Assembly (NCBI GenBank): GCA_963701095.1
Contig: OY969564.1
Location: 864,001 to 928,000, forward strand
DNA from: an uncultured Methanoregulaceae archaeon
Lineage (GTDB): Archaea; Halobacteriota; Methanomicrobia; Methanomicrobiales; Methanospirillaceae
Direction of reading: 5' to 3'
Length of the DNA: 64,000 bases
The translations under genes and the position numbers were made by a program. Within the stretch, counting starts at the first letter, position 1; every line of letters begins with the position of its first letter. Below, in pieces: positions 55,031-64,000 of the stretch. Below the pieces are notes generated by a model, which was not told the origin of the DNA, made no database searches, and saw nothing but the letters and a program-made list of their open reading frames with translations.

Positions 55031-55267
55031 ATGGTTAACGGAATTGTTTTGCCCATAAAGAAAGTGTTTGCCCTCGTTGATTCCAAAATAATCGTTGAGA
55101 TCAAAGATGAGGGGCGTAAACTCCAGGGCCGGCTTGTAGCAGTGGATGAGTATCTCAATATTCACATGGACGAGACCATAGAATTTGTCAACAACGAGCG
55201 CGGCCGCAGCCTTGGGACTGTTGTTATCCGGGGCAATAATATCCTTACTATAGCCCCGGTCCTGTGA
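55031..55267 (+). CDS. Sm-like (Lsm) RNA-binding protein
   Basis: G.LVAVDEYLNIHM (Sm1), VVIRGNNI (Sm2). Confidence 0.92.
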   Translation: MVNGIVLPIKKVFALVDSKIIVEIKDEGRKLQGRLVAVDEYLNIHMDETIEFVNNERGRSLGTVVIRGNNILTIAPVL

Positions 55268-55290
55268 GAGGAAAACGAGGTATACCTACC

Positions 55291-55635
55291 ATGGCTGAAA
55301 TTGAAGACGAAGCATTTGTCCTGATCCAGTCCCACCCGGAAGGGATGCTCCAGAGTGAGCTTTGGAAGGAACTCGGTGTCGACAGCCGGAAATGTTCAAG
55401 GATCGTAAAGAAACTCGAAGAGAGCGGCCTTATTGACCGCGTCGAATTTAAAAAAGAGGGGATCAAGACCTATCTTTTAAAGGCAAAAATGCAGCCTGTC
55501 CACCCTGAGGACCTGCTTGCCGGCGATGAACTGATTCCCTGTATCGCGTGCGACCTTGAATGCGTCGTTCAGGAATGTCATCCCCTCATGGACTGGATGT
55601 ACCAGCTTGCAATTGTCGGGAGCGGCAACCAGTAA
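55291..55635 (+). CDS. wHTH plus Cys-cluster protein, probable TFE-beta / RPC34-like factor
   Basis: G.LQSELWK.LG.DSR..SRIVKKLE..GLI.R; PCIACDLECVVQECHPLMDW; adjacent to Lsm. Confidence 0.7.
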   Translation: MAEIEDEAFVLIQSHPEGMLQSELWKELGVDSRKCSRIVKKLEESGLIDRVEFKKEGIKTYLLKAKMQPVHPEDLLAGDELIPCIACDLECVVQECHPLMDWMYQLAIVGSGNQ

Positions 55636-55684
55636 CCGGGGCAAAACCCGGTTTCGATAGTATTTACCCGTTTTTTTTACTTCC

Positions 55685-56185
55685 ATGACCCGCCTGACAC
55701 TGCCGCTTATCCTGGAATGCCTTCTTTTTTTTGTGCCACTCAATATCTATGTGATCGGCGATCATATGGCAAACGGTGTCCAGTGGGCCTTTTTCCGGTA
55801 CCAGCAGAGTTACCTGGGGAACAGCCTGATCCTTGTGAACAAGGATATCCATTATGTTGCAGCCGGTATTCTGAGAGGTTCAAGTGCGACAGGAACCATA
55901 ATCTGGGTATCAGGTGCTTTTCTTCTTTTTATCGCGGTCATTATCCTTGCGATTGCGTTTGCTTTGCATAAATCCGAGCTTACAAAACCTGCGGGCGGAC
56001 TCACCATTCTTGCAGGAGCTCTCTTTATTATTGCGATGATCGTCGAATACGGGGCCCTTTTTACAAACGATCATGGTTCTTCCGTCCCCGTGGGTGCTCC
56101 CCTCATTATCGTTTCCGGAATTTGGTTATTCGTAGGAACATTCGATGAGGAAGATGAAGACCCGACCGGGCCAGCATCTTCCTGA
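55685..56185 (+). CDS. Hypothetical membrane protein
   Basis: Four hydrophobic helices, acidic tail. Confidence 0.7.
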   Translation: MTRLTLPLILECLLFFVPLNIYVIGDHMANGVQWAFFRYQQSYLGNSLILVNKDIHYVAAGILRGSSATGTIIWVSGAFLLFIAVIILAIAFALHKSELTKPAGGLTILAGALFIIAMIVEYGALFTNDHGSSVPVGAPLIIVSGIWLFVGTFDEEDEDPTGPASS

Positions 56186-56320
56186 AAGAATTGCATTCCG
56201 GCCATAAATTACGGGAAATCGGCAATTTCCCCATCATAGAAGTCAACTATTTATTGCAAAAATATCAGATTATAGGTAGAGAGGCAGGCATAACACCCGC
56301 CCCTTTGGAAGTTCCTGCTG

Positions 56321-58000
56321 ATGATATCCGTCCTCTTCGTCGATGATAACACTGATTTTCTTGCCCCGTTCCGGCCTGTTCTTGAAAAGACCGGCGAGGT
56401 CAGATTGGAGATGGTGAACTCTGCGAAGCAGGCAATCGAGAAACTTAAAGGCCGGAGCTTTGATGTCATTGTCTGTTACGAGGAGAACGCGCCGGTTAAC
56501 GGGATTGAGTTTGTCTCCGATATGGATGGTATCGGCTTTTTACGATATATACGCTCCATGGGAAATCCTACACCGGTCATAATCTTCCACCGGAAAGGCG
56601 AGAACCGGGTCACTTTTGAAGAGATCAGTAACGGTGCTGATATTACCGTCCAGCGGACGGGAGACCTTCGTGCACCTGCTGCTGACCTGGTAACGCTTAT
56701 CAAACAGGCAGCACTCCGCAAGAAATCCGAACGTGACGTCAAACTGGAAAAAGATCAGCTCACGGCGATTCTCTCGGCAACGCCTCTTGGGATATTCCAG
56801 ATGCGTAACGCCGTTATCGAGTGGATCAACCATCCGCTTACGGCGCTCCTTGGGGCACAGGAGTCTTCGATCGTGGGAAAACCGGTCCGGTCGCTTTTTA
56901 AGAGTGACGAAGAGTTTATGCAGGTTTTCCGGGATCTCCAGATTCACCGTGATGTACTCGGGAACGGTTGTGCGGAATGCGAGCTGGTGCGGCCGGGCGG
57001 CAGTATAATTGCCTGTACGCTGCAGGCCCGGCTTCTCGATCCGCTTGATGCAAAAAAAGGCGGTACCGTAGTCGTTACCGATATCTCTGACAAAAAGAAG
57101 ATGCGGGATGCCCTCAAGGAAAGCGAAGCAAAGTACCGGGAAATGATGCAGAACACCCAGAGTATTATTGTGCGGATGGATATCCAGGGGATCATCACAT
57201 TCATTAATACCTATGCATCTGCATTCTTTGATTATCCCGAGGCCGACCTTGTGGGGAAAAATATTGTCGGCACCATTGCACCCGAGAAAAACCGGGGCGG
57301 CCACGACCTTTCGATGATGGCAAACGACCTGGGCTTTAATGCCGAAGGATATGCCATCAATGTCAGCGAAAATATCCGCAGGAACGGTGATATTGTCTGG
57401 ATTGCCTGGATCAACAAAGCTATCCGCGATACCCAGGGTCACATCGTCGAAGTCCTTTGTATCGGCCACGATATTACGGATCGGAAACAGACCGGTGAGG
57501 TGCGGATCAGCACCGACACCTGGAAAGACCAGGTCGTTGCCGATACCGATGTGCGCCAGGACGTTTTCGATGCCGTGTTCCACATCTGCACCGAGATATC
57601 TATTGAGGGAAGGGAAGGAAAAGCGGTTGGCACGACATTCCTTATTGGTGACACAAAAAACATTCTGGCCAAATCCCGGCAGATCATGCTCAACGCCTTT
57701 GAGGGTCACCAACCCGATATGCGCATGGTGACTAATCCCGATTTAAATGAGAACATCAAGGAATTTGCCCAGCTTGACGGTGCATTTGTCATCTCCGGAG
57801 ATGGATTTATAGAAGCGTCGGGACGCTACATTACGGTTGACTCAAGCAAAGTTACGCTCCCCAAAGGCATGGGTACACGCCATAATTCGGTTGCAGCTAT
57901 CACAAGTGTAACCCGGGCCGTTGGTATCGTCGTCTCCCAGAGCGGCGGCGGGATCACGATTTTCAAGAACGGACAGATCTTAAAGAAAATCAGCCTGTGA
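56321..58000 (+). CDS. Diadenylate cyclase (DisA_N/DAC domain) fused to a pseudo-receiver and two PAS domains
   Basis: EGREGK.VGT.F.IGD, IKEFAQLDGAFVIS, GMGTRHN, IVVSQSGG.IT.F..G (DAC); N-terminal VLFVDD; PAS/PAC DISDKK and DITDRK. Confidence 0.88.
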   Translation: MISVLFVDDNTDFLAPFRPVLEKTGEVRLEMVNSAKQAIEKLKGRSFDVIVCYEENAPVNGIEFVSDMDGIGFLRYIRSMGNPTPVIIFHRKGENRVTFEEISNGADITVQRTGDLRAPAADLVTLIKQAALRKKSERDVKLEKDQLTAILSATPLGIFQMRNAVIEWINHPLTALLGAQESSIVGKPVRSLFKSDEEFMQVFRDLQIHRDVLGNGCAECELVRPGGSIIACTLQARLLDPLDAKKGGTVVVTDISDKKKMRDALKESEAKYREMMQNTQSIIVRMDIQGIITFINTYASAFFDYPEADLVGKNIVGTIAPEKNRGGHDLSMMANDLGFNAEGYAINVSENIRRNGDIVWIAWINKAIRDTQGHIVEVLCIGHDITDRKQTGEVRISTDTWKDQVVADTDVRQDVFDAVFHICTEISIEGREGKAVGTTFLIGDTKNILAKSRQIMLNAFEGHQPDMRMVTNPDLNENIKEFAQLDGAFVISGDGFIEASGRYITVDSSKVTLPKGMGTRHNSVAAITSVTRAVGIVVSQSGGGITIFKNGQILKKISL

Positions 58001-58053
58001 TAACCTTCTTTTTATCGGGATTATACAATAGTCCGAAAGAGGAGTTGTATTTC

Positions 58054-58260
58054 CTATTTCTCAATACTTTCAACCTTCACGATTGCTTTGCTAACACCAG
58101 CAAGAGGAGGAAGCAGATGTGACAGAGTTTGTTCGGCAGTACATCGCCTGATAATTCCTTTAGAACTCGTTTGAAACCAGCCTTCTTTATCTCTTTGAAA
58201 AGATTGCAGCACTTTTCCATTTTTATTAAGAAATTTAATTATGCATTCATCGTTTCTCAT
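58054..58260 (-). CDS. Small hypothetical protein (AT-rich)
   Basis: 68 aa ATG ORF with GGGGGAG RBS. Confidence 0.5.
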   Translation of the reverse strand: MRNDECIIKFLNKNGKVLQSFQRDKEGWFQTSSKGIIRRCTAEQTLSHLLPPLAGVSKAIVKVESIEK

Positions 58261-58384
58261 GAACTCCCCCTAGATCGCTTGTTTATATTTCTATCCTATT
58301 TAAAACTTAAACACCATAAGAAGAGGTTATTTTCGGATCTACTTTTCTAACGAGATCATCCCGAATATTTCGCTACGTTGTCCA

Positions 58385-59753
58385 TCAATGTTCGACCGGG
58401 TACCCTGCACGCACCCAGGCCTGCATACCGCCGAGAACATTGGTCACCTCAGTATACCCATACATCGCAAGTACGCTCACCCCAAGACTTCCCTTGTACC
58501 CGGAATCACAGTACACAAAAACCGGACGATTTTTGGGGATCTCCGGAATATGCTGTACAAGCTCGCCGATATATACCGGTAAAGAATCTGGAATATATCC
58601 GACCTTTTCACGGTTTTTCTTGTCCCGGACGTCAAGCACGAATGGCTTTTCACGGAACAGGAGATCGTTGAGATCCTGGACTGAACAGGTCCCGATCATC
58701 TCGACCGGCCGGGCAGCCCGGCACCATGAAGGAAAACCACCGGCAAGCCAGCCTGTTGTATTGTCATAACCAAGCCGCAAGAAGTGCCGGAACACAGGTG
58801 CGAGATTACCGTTGAAATCATCGATAAGCACAATCTGGCGGTTATAATCAAGGAACCAGCCGGCAAACGAAGGAATGCCGTCGCCCCAGATTGAAAAACT
58901 ACCCGGGATGTGCCCTGCTGCAAAGGCTGTCGGGGAACGTACGTCTACAATCTGGAATCCGGAAGCGATGAGAGATGTCAGGTCAGCTACAGGGACAGGG
59001 TATGGTCGCTTAAAGTCCAGAAGAAGTGCCGGCCCTTCCCGGTTGACTTTTTCCATCTGCCGGAAATAGGGAGGCAGGTACGGGGATTCGGCGGAACGCC
59101 GGGCGATAAACGCATCGTGTCCGAGTGCCAGGACCGGATTGGTACGTTTTTCGTACCCGATTGTGGAAAAAGGATGATCGGCAATTTCTTCACCGCACAC
59201 GGAACCGGCCCCGTGTGCCGGGCAGAGGATGACACCGTCCCCGAGCGGCAGGATCTTTCGCGTAATACTGGCATACATTTTTTCTGCCATCGCTGTTTTT
59301 TGGCCTGGCCCGGCTGAAATCTGTCCGTGCAATATCACCGGCAAAAAGCGTGTCGCCGGAAAAGACCATGTACGGTTCACGGGAGACTTCGGTGTCCACA
59401 AGGACAAAAGTCAGGCTTTCTTCCGTATGCCCCGGGGTTTCGAGGATGGAAATTTCCAATGTTCCGATCACAAACCGGGCGCCTTCATGGGCGATGTTCC
59501 CGTACGCAAAGTCCAAACGGGGACCGTGAAAGATCGGTGCCTCACTCCGGTGTGCAAGCTCCTGTGCCCCGGATACATAATCTTCGTTCCGGTGTGTTTC
59601 GAAGATATGGGTTATGATAGCGTCATGCCGGTTTGCGAGGTCGACATAGATATCGCAATCCCGCCGGGGGTCTATAACTGCCGCCTTTCCCCCCGATCCG
59701 ATTATGTACGAATTATGGGACAGACCCTCAGCAACGATGCGTTCAAGCCACAT
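58385..59753 (-). CDS. MBL-fold hydrolase fused to two rhodanese domains (frameshift at about 59315)
   Basis: IDPRRD, ETHRNEDY, TPGHT, FSGDTLF.GD, PAHGAGSVCG, DVR...F..GHIPG, CDSGYK. Confidence 0.88.
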
Positions 59754-59793
59754 ACCGTAACGAGCCTCGCGTTAATCGGAAGAAAATATAGGG

Positions 59794-60684
59794 TTACCGG
59801 GGGTTTTTACCGGTAATAGTCTTATTGTCGGGATACGACGACCATTCAGTAAATCCACCCTCGTAGAGGACAACATTTTTGTATCCCAGGTAATATTTGA
59901 AGAGCAGGAACTCATTTGTTGCCTCCCGACCTGTACCGCATGAACAGATAATGGACTTCTCCGGCGTTGCGCCGGCAGCTTGCACTAATGCCTGGATCTG
60001 GTCGTCAGGTTTCATGAGTTTTTTATTTTTGTCGTCCATGAGACTTTTCCAGGGAAGACTGACTGCACCGGGAATATGGCCGGGCCTGATCCAGGGGCCC
60101 TGGCCTTCATAGACCGGAGACGGGCGTGCATCAAGAAGTACCACATCAGACTGGTCTTTCATCCTGAGGAATTCGTAATAATCTATAAAGAAATCTTTTT
60201 GGAGATTTACCGTAAAAGACGACGGTTTCGCAAGGTCGAACTGGCGGGTAACAGGACGTTTTTCTTCCTTCCATTTTTCAAGCCCTCCGTCCAGGAGGCA
60301 TACTCGCTTGTGCCCGTACCGTGCAAGCGTGTAGGCAACCATAGTCTGCTCAAGTCCGTCGCCAATGAAGTTACCACACGTAGTCAGGGGACCACTGCTC
60401 GAGTATACAACGACCGGTTTGTTCGATTCCAGTCCTAAAGTCCGGAATAAGATCTCGGCTGCGTCGGGCGGAATCCAACGTGTAGGAATCGCACCCTCGT
60501 GAATGCGGAACAGGTTCTCATGTGCAAAGAGTGCTCCGGGAATATGATCCTGAATGTACTCGTGGACGTTCGGCTGGCAGTCAATAATTACGAGCCCCTT
60601 ATGATGGAGATGGGTTTCGAGCCATTCCACGGATACCCATTCCACCGTCCCATCGCCTTTTCCGTATGGATAATTTTTTTCCAT
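59794..60684 (-). CDS. Tandem-domain sulfurtransferase (rhodanese/SseA family)
   Basis: VS.EWL, HIPGA, LDGG..KW, DAR...YEG, GHIPGA, active loop CGTGRE, YEGGFTEW. Confidence 0.92.
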   Translation of the reverse strand: MEKNYPYGKGDGTVEWVSVEWLETHLHHKGLVIIDCQPNVHEYIQDHIPGALFAHENLFRIHEGAIPTRWIPPDAAEILFRTLGLESNKPVVVYSSSGPLTTCGNFIGDGLEQTMVAYTLARYGHKRVCLLDGGLEKWKEEKRPVTRQFDLAKPSSFTVNLQKDFFIDYYEFLRMKDQSDVVLLDARPSPVYEGQGPWIRPGHIPGAVSLPWKSLMDDKNKKLMKPDDQIQALVQAAGATPEKSIICSCGTGREATNEFLLFKYYLGYKNVVLYEGGFTEWSSYPDNKTITGKNPR

Positions 60685-60828
60685 CTTTGTACCTCCTCTC
60701 TGTCGTGAGATAAGACAAACCCGTATCGTTACAGGAGTAAATAACAGTTGGGGTTGGGATCATTTTTTGAAACGTATTGATCCGCCAACCGGTTTGTTTA
60801 TAACTATGCCAAACCTGTTTTTTTGGAA

Positions 60829-61815
60829 TTAAACGAGGAGCGAAAGGAAAAGCAGGATATAGAGCGAGATCGAAACCGCCGGGATGATACGGATCGACCA
60901 GTAGTTAACCTGTTCAACACGGTGTGGATTTTTATCTTCCGTGAATTTCAGGATGAGAATGCCGGATACCAGCACCATGACGAGGGTCGCATAGGTGATG
61001 ATCATAAAGAAATCCAAAAATGTAGCGTAGGCAACAAGGGGAATATCATCCGCGATACGCCAGTGGATAAGCACCGCAGCAAGGAACATAGATCCGTTCA
61101 GGCCAAGCCGTGACGAGACTTTCATCAGAAGTGATGCTAAGGACACAATAACGATAAGCGAGATAGGCAGGAAGAATTTCAGGATAGTCGACTCTACATC
61201 CCGTTCGATGCCATAGTTGAACACAGCCCGGGAATAAGGAGTTTCACCTGCTACGTAGGTCTTGTTGGTTACCAGGGCATTCATCCCGGTGATAGTCCAG
61301 CCCGGGAGGTTAGCTTCCGAATCAAGACCGGTATTGTTCTCGTCAATGACGAAGATCATGTCTTTTTCTGTATAGATTTTCGGTTCAATAAGAATAGGAA
61401 GCGTGTGTTTGTCGAAAGGGAACAGGCGGAGATCGGGATTTGCTGTCATAACCGCAAAGATCCGGTAATTTTTTTCCTGAGGGGTATTGGTAATGGTATC
61501 GATAGAAGTTGTGTGCCCGTTCATGAGCTCGAAGTCGTCGATAGAGACGTTGGCATCCGAGTCCAGATTCAAGTAAAAATTCGTTGAATACGTCCCCTGC
61601 TGAACGCTGAAGTCACTGAAGTCCACAACATAAACCCCAATGTGCACGATAGCTGGCCCGGTTGCGGCCGACTGGGCTGTCGAGTTAAGGCTGTCACTTG
61701 CGGAGACCGGAATTATTATGACGGCAAAAGCGATGAAAATAAAAAGAAAATACAGGATTGCCACATAGTCCCCTCTTCCACGGAGCATATCCTGATCCTG
61801 TAACGGTATTATCAT
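60829..61815 (-). CDS. Prokaryotic pentameric ligand-gated ion channel (GLIC/ELIC-like)
   Basis: Signal peptide; V.IGVY; Pro-loop DLRLFPFD; pre-M1 R; M1 LP; M2 R0'/L9'; P.VAY.T..D M2-M3 loop; four TM helices. Start could be 61788 or 61764. Confidence 0.85.
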   Translation of the reverse strand: MIIPLQDQDMLRGRGDYVAILYFLFIFIAFAVIIIPVSASDSLNSTAQSAATGPAIVHIGVYVVDFSDFSVQQGTYSTNFYLNLDSDANVSIDDFELMNGHTTSIDTITNTPQEKNYRIFAVMTANPDLRLFPFDKHTLPILIEPKIYTEKDMIFVIDENNTGLDSEANLPGWTITGMNALVTNKTYVAGETPYSRAVFNYGIERDVESTILKFFLPISLIVIVSLASLLMKVSSRLGLNGSMFLAAVLIHWRIADDIPLVAYATFLDFFMIITYATLVMVLVSGILILKFTEDKNPHRVEQVNYWSIRIIPAVSISLYILLFLSLLV

Positions 61816-61878
61816 CAGGGAAGTATCGCCATCCTCTTAAAATCAGGTGGGGTTGATGAACAATAATAGTTATCGGAG

Positions 61879-62286
61879 TTATTCCGGTATATTCAGGAGG
61901 ACCTGCTGTGACCGGAAGTGGCTGATCGCTTTTCTGATAAGATCGAGAAGTTCGTTATCAACAAATGGTTTGACGACGACACCGTTCTGGGTAACTCCTA
62001 TCATTCGAGCAAGAACGCTCTCTGATGAGAAAGCGGTTATAAAAATTACGGGAACCAGAAATCGCTGCTGGATCTTGCGTGCCGTTTCAATGCCATCAAG
62101 GGATCCTGCAAGGCCGATATCCATAAGAATAATATCGGGTTTTGGGCATTTTTCAAGTGATTCAAGTGCCATCTCACCGGAATTAGCAGGTTCTATGACC
62201 TGGTACCCCGATTGTTCCAGCATTTCGGTCAGGTGAAGGGTGAGCAAACCTTCATCTTCAACTATCAGGACAGCTTCCCCGGTCAT
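61879..62286 (-). CDS. Stand-alone response regulator
   Basis: VLIVEDE, LMDIGL, FITA, VKPF; start moved to ATG 62286. Confidence 0.9.
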   Translation of the reverse strand: MTGEAVLIVEDEGLLTLHLTEMLEQSGYQVIEPANSGEMALESLEKCPKPDIILMDIGLAGSLDGIETARKIQQRFLVPVIFITAFSSESVLARMIGVTQNGVVVKPFVDNELLDLIRKAISHFRSQQVLLNIPE

Positions 62287-62389
62287 AGATTTTCCCCGGC
62301 ATTTGACCGCATCATGAGTTCGTTCCTTTTTAGGGGCGTCGCCATTTCTCCAAAACCCATGATTCATTTCACCAGCCGAGGTGCCGTTT

Positions 62390-64000
62390 TTACTTCTTGC
62401 GACCGGTCTTCACAAACCGCCAGGAGTTATTAGGGATGAGTAATTCGAATCGTGCTCCCTTTCGATAGGTTCCAATCTCCTGGATTGTTATGCCGGTAAT
62501 CATCAGAATCTCCCGGGATAAGAAAAGACCCATCCCTGTATTTTTACCGACCCCGCGTTCGAAAATCCTGTCTTTTGCTTCATCCGGTATACCTACCCCA
62601 TCATCCTCGCAGATGAGCGTCATTCCCTTTTCCGAGATTTCGTAAGAGAACCTGATGGTGGTTATTGTCTCTCCATACCGGAGTGCATTGTCGATGAGGT
62701 TGTAGAATACTTTCTCGAGGAGGGGATCGGCATAGATTTCCGTATCTTCGAGATCCAGAACAAACGTGATCTCTGACTGGGAAAAGTTGACCATGTCACG
62801 TTGCATTACTTCCCTGAGATTCTGCCAGACCGGGGAATTAACGCCAACTTCCTGATACTCCCGGGTAAAGGTGATCTGGCGCTGGATAACCCGCACCAGA
62901 TCCTTGATTTGCCCAAGGAGTATATCGTGTTCTTCCTTGTTGTTCGTCGACACCGCCATATCAACGCAGCCCAGGACCCCGGTGACTGTGTTGAGAATAT
63001 CGTGCCGCGTGATGCTGTTAAGCAGGTTCAGTTTCTTGTTGGCCAGCTGAATGGCATTTTCGGCTTGCCGGTGATCGGTAATGTCTCTCAGAACCCCATA
63101 CATGCCCATAGCTTTGCCATAGATATCTACCCGGATAGTGCATTTTTCTTCCACCCAATGGGTATTCCCCCACATATCCACAATCCGGAATACGGAGGTT
63201 TCCTCAGGTTCACCATTCGTTACTTTCTTTAAACCTGCGAGCACGCTTTTACGATCATCCGGATAAATGAAATCGATGAGAGGGTGCGAGATTACATCCT
63301 CTACGAGAAAACCGTAACGGTTTACCTGGGGTGAAACGTAGGTGAATATGCCGTTTACGTCGAGCGAGAAGAGGAGATCGGCAGAATTCTCTGCAAGGGC
63401 ACGGTACTTTTCTTCGCTCTCCCGGAGTTCGGCTTCAATATTCCTGCGTTCGGTGCTGTCCCGGATCAATTCGACAGCACCAACCAGTCTGCCTTCCCTG
63501 TTGTATAAGGGCGAAGATACGCACCAGAACGAGGCACTTTTAGCGTTATCGAAAAAGGGGATAGTAACCTCTGAAAGAAGTTTTTTACCTTCCCTTATAA
63601 GGAAAGGGAAATAATTTGCACTGATTTTTGGATCATTACAGATGATCATGTCGATAAGCATGGGTCGGCGTTCATGGTAAAAGGGGAGAGCATATGCATA
63701 GTCACCTTTTCCAAGGATCTCCTCTGCCCTGATGCCGGTCACCATCTCCATTGCACGGTTCCAGGCAGTAACTACGCCATTGATGTCAATGGCAAAAGTT
63801 GCATCCGGCAAAAAATTGATAATGTCTGTTTCTCTCCGTTCAAGATCCCCTATGAGCATTTCCAACTGCTTCTGCCGGACAGATTGATGGATAATATTGC
63901 CAAGATCGGCAAACAGTAACGTGGGGCTGCTGCATTTCTGGAGACAGAAATTAGCACCTTCGCTGAGAGCCTGAATAACAAAATCCTGCCTGTCGTTTCC
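62390..64000 (-). CDS. Hybrid sensor histidine kinase REC-PAS-PAS-HisKA-HATPase (5' end outside window)
   Basis: Frame open to the window edge (receiver tail IQALSEGANFCLQK); ITRHDI, NLIDNA, DDGVG, GMGLF. Confidence 0.92.
   Translation of the reverse strand, partial: GNDRQDFVIQALSEGANFCLQKCSSPTLLFADLGNIIHQSVRQKQLEMLIGDLERRETDIINFLPDATFAIDINGVVTAWNRAMEMVTGIRAEEILGKGDYAYALPFYHERRPMLIDMIICNDPKISANYFPFLIREGKKLLSEVTIPFFDNAKSASFWCVSSPLYNREGRLVGAVELIRDSTERRNIEAELRESEEKYRALAENSADLLFSLDVNGIFTYVSPQVNRYGFLVEDVISHPLIDFIYPDDRKSVLAGLKKVTNGEPEETSVFRIVDMWGNTHWVEEKCTIRVDIYGKAMGMYGVLRDITDHRQAENAIQLANKKLNLLNSITRHDILNTVTGVLGCVDMAVSTNNKEEHDILLGQIKDLVRVIQRQITFTREYQEVGVNSPVWQNLREVMQRDMVNFSQSEITFVLDLEDTEIYADPLLEKVFYNLIDNALRYGETITTIRFSYEISEKGMTLICEDDGVGIPDEAKDRIFERGVGKNTGMGLFLSREILMITGITIQEIGTYRKGARFELLIPNNSWRFVKTGRKK

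Noticed and set aside
1..64000. CRISPR arrays, tRNA or rRNA genes
   Set aside because: No regularly spaced repeats, cloverleaf or rRNA-like segments seen by eye; the repeats found are coding. A covariance-model scan was not possible.
63865..64000. Kinase start at 63865
   Set aside because: The frame stays open to the window edge and encodes a receiver-domain tail, so the gene starts outside the window.

Overview
Archaeal chromosomal window from a methanogen, most likely Methanomicrobiales (Methanoregula-like). This is inferred from the gene content, PEF-CTERM surface proteins and ITRHD-type kinases. Core blocks: a PAS chemoreceptor with cheR; thiC followed by a coupled operon ending in rnz, then a RecJ/HAN nuclease; cdc48; grpE-dnaK-dnaJ-clpB; a DtxR/FeoA-feoB-feoC iron operon; three adjacent fructose-1,6-bisphosphate enzymes; Lsm with a TFE-beta-like gene; and sulfurtransferases. 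AT-rich accessory islands encode surface proteins and hold two mobile-element remnants. About ten single-base frameshifts split otherwise intact genes and are probably long-read errors. Most notable: (1) a pseudo-receiver/PAS/PAS/diadenylate-cyclase fusion about 3 kb from a compact pentameric ligand-gated ion channel and a two-component pair; (2) a surface module with a glutamic-peptidase-like protein, a chagasin-like inhibitor, a shared 17-bp palindrome and an AglB with substituted catalytic motifs; (3) six-bladed propellers nested inside PKD domains; (4) a chaperone operon with an HSR1-like operator and a cdc48 stub. All family calls come from motif recognition by eye; no searches were run.
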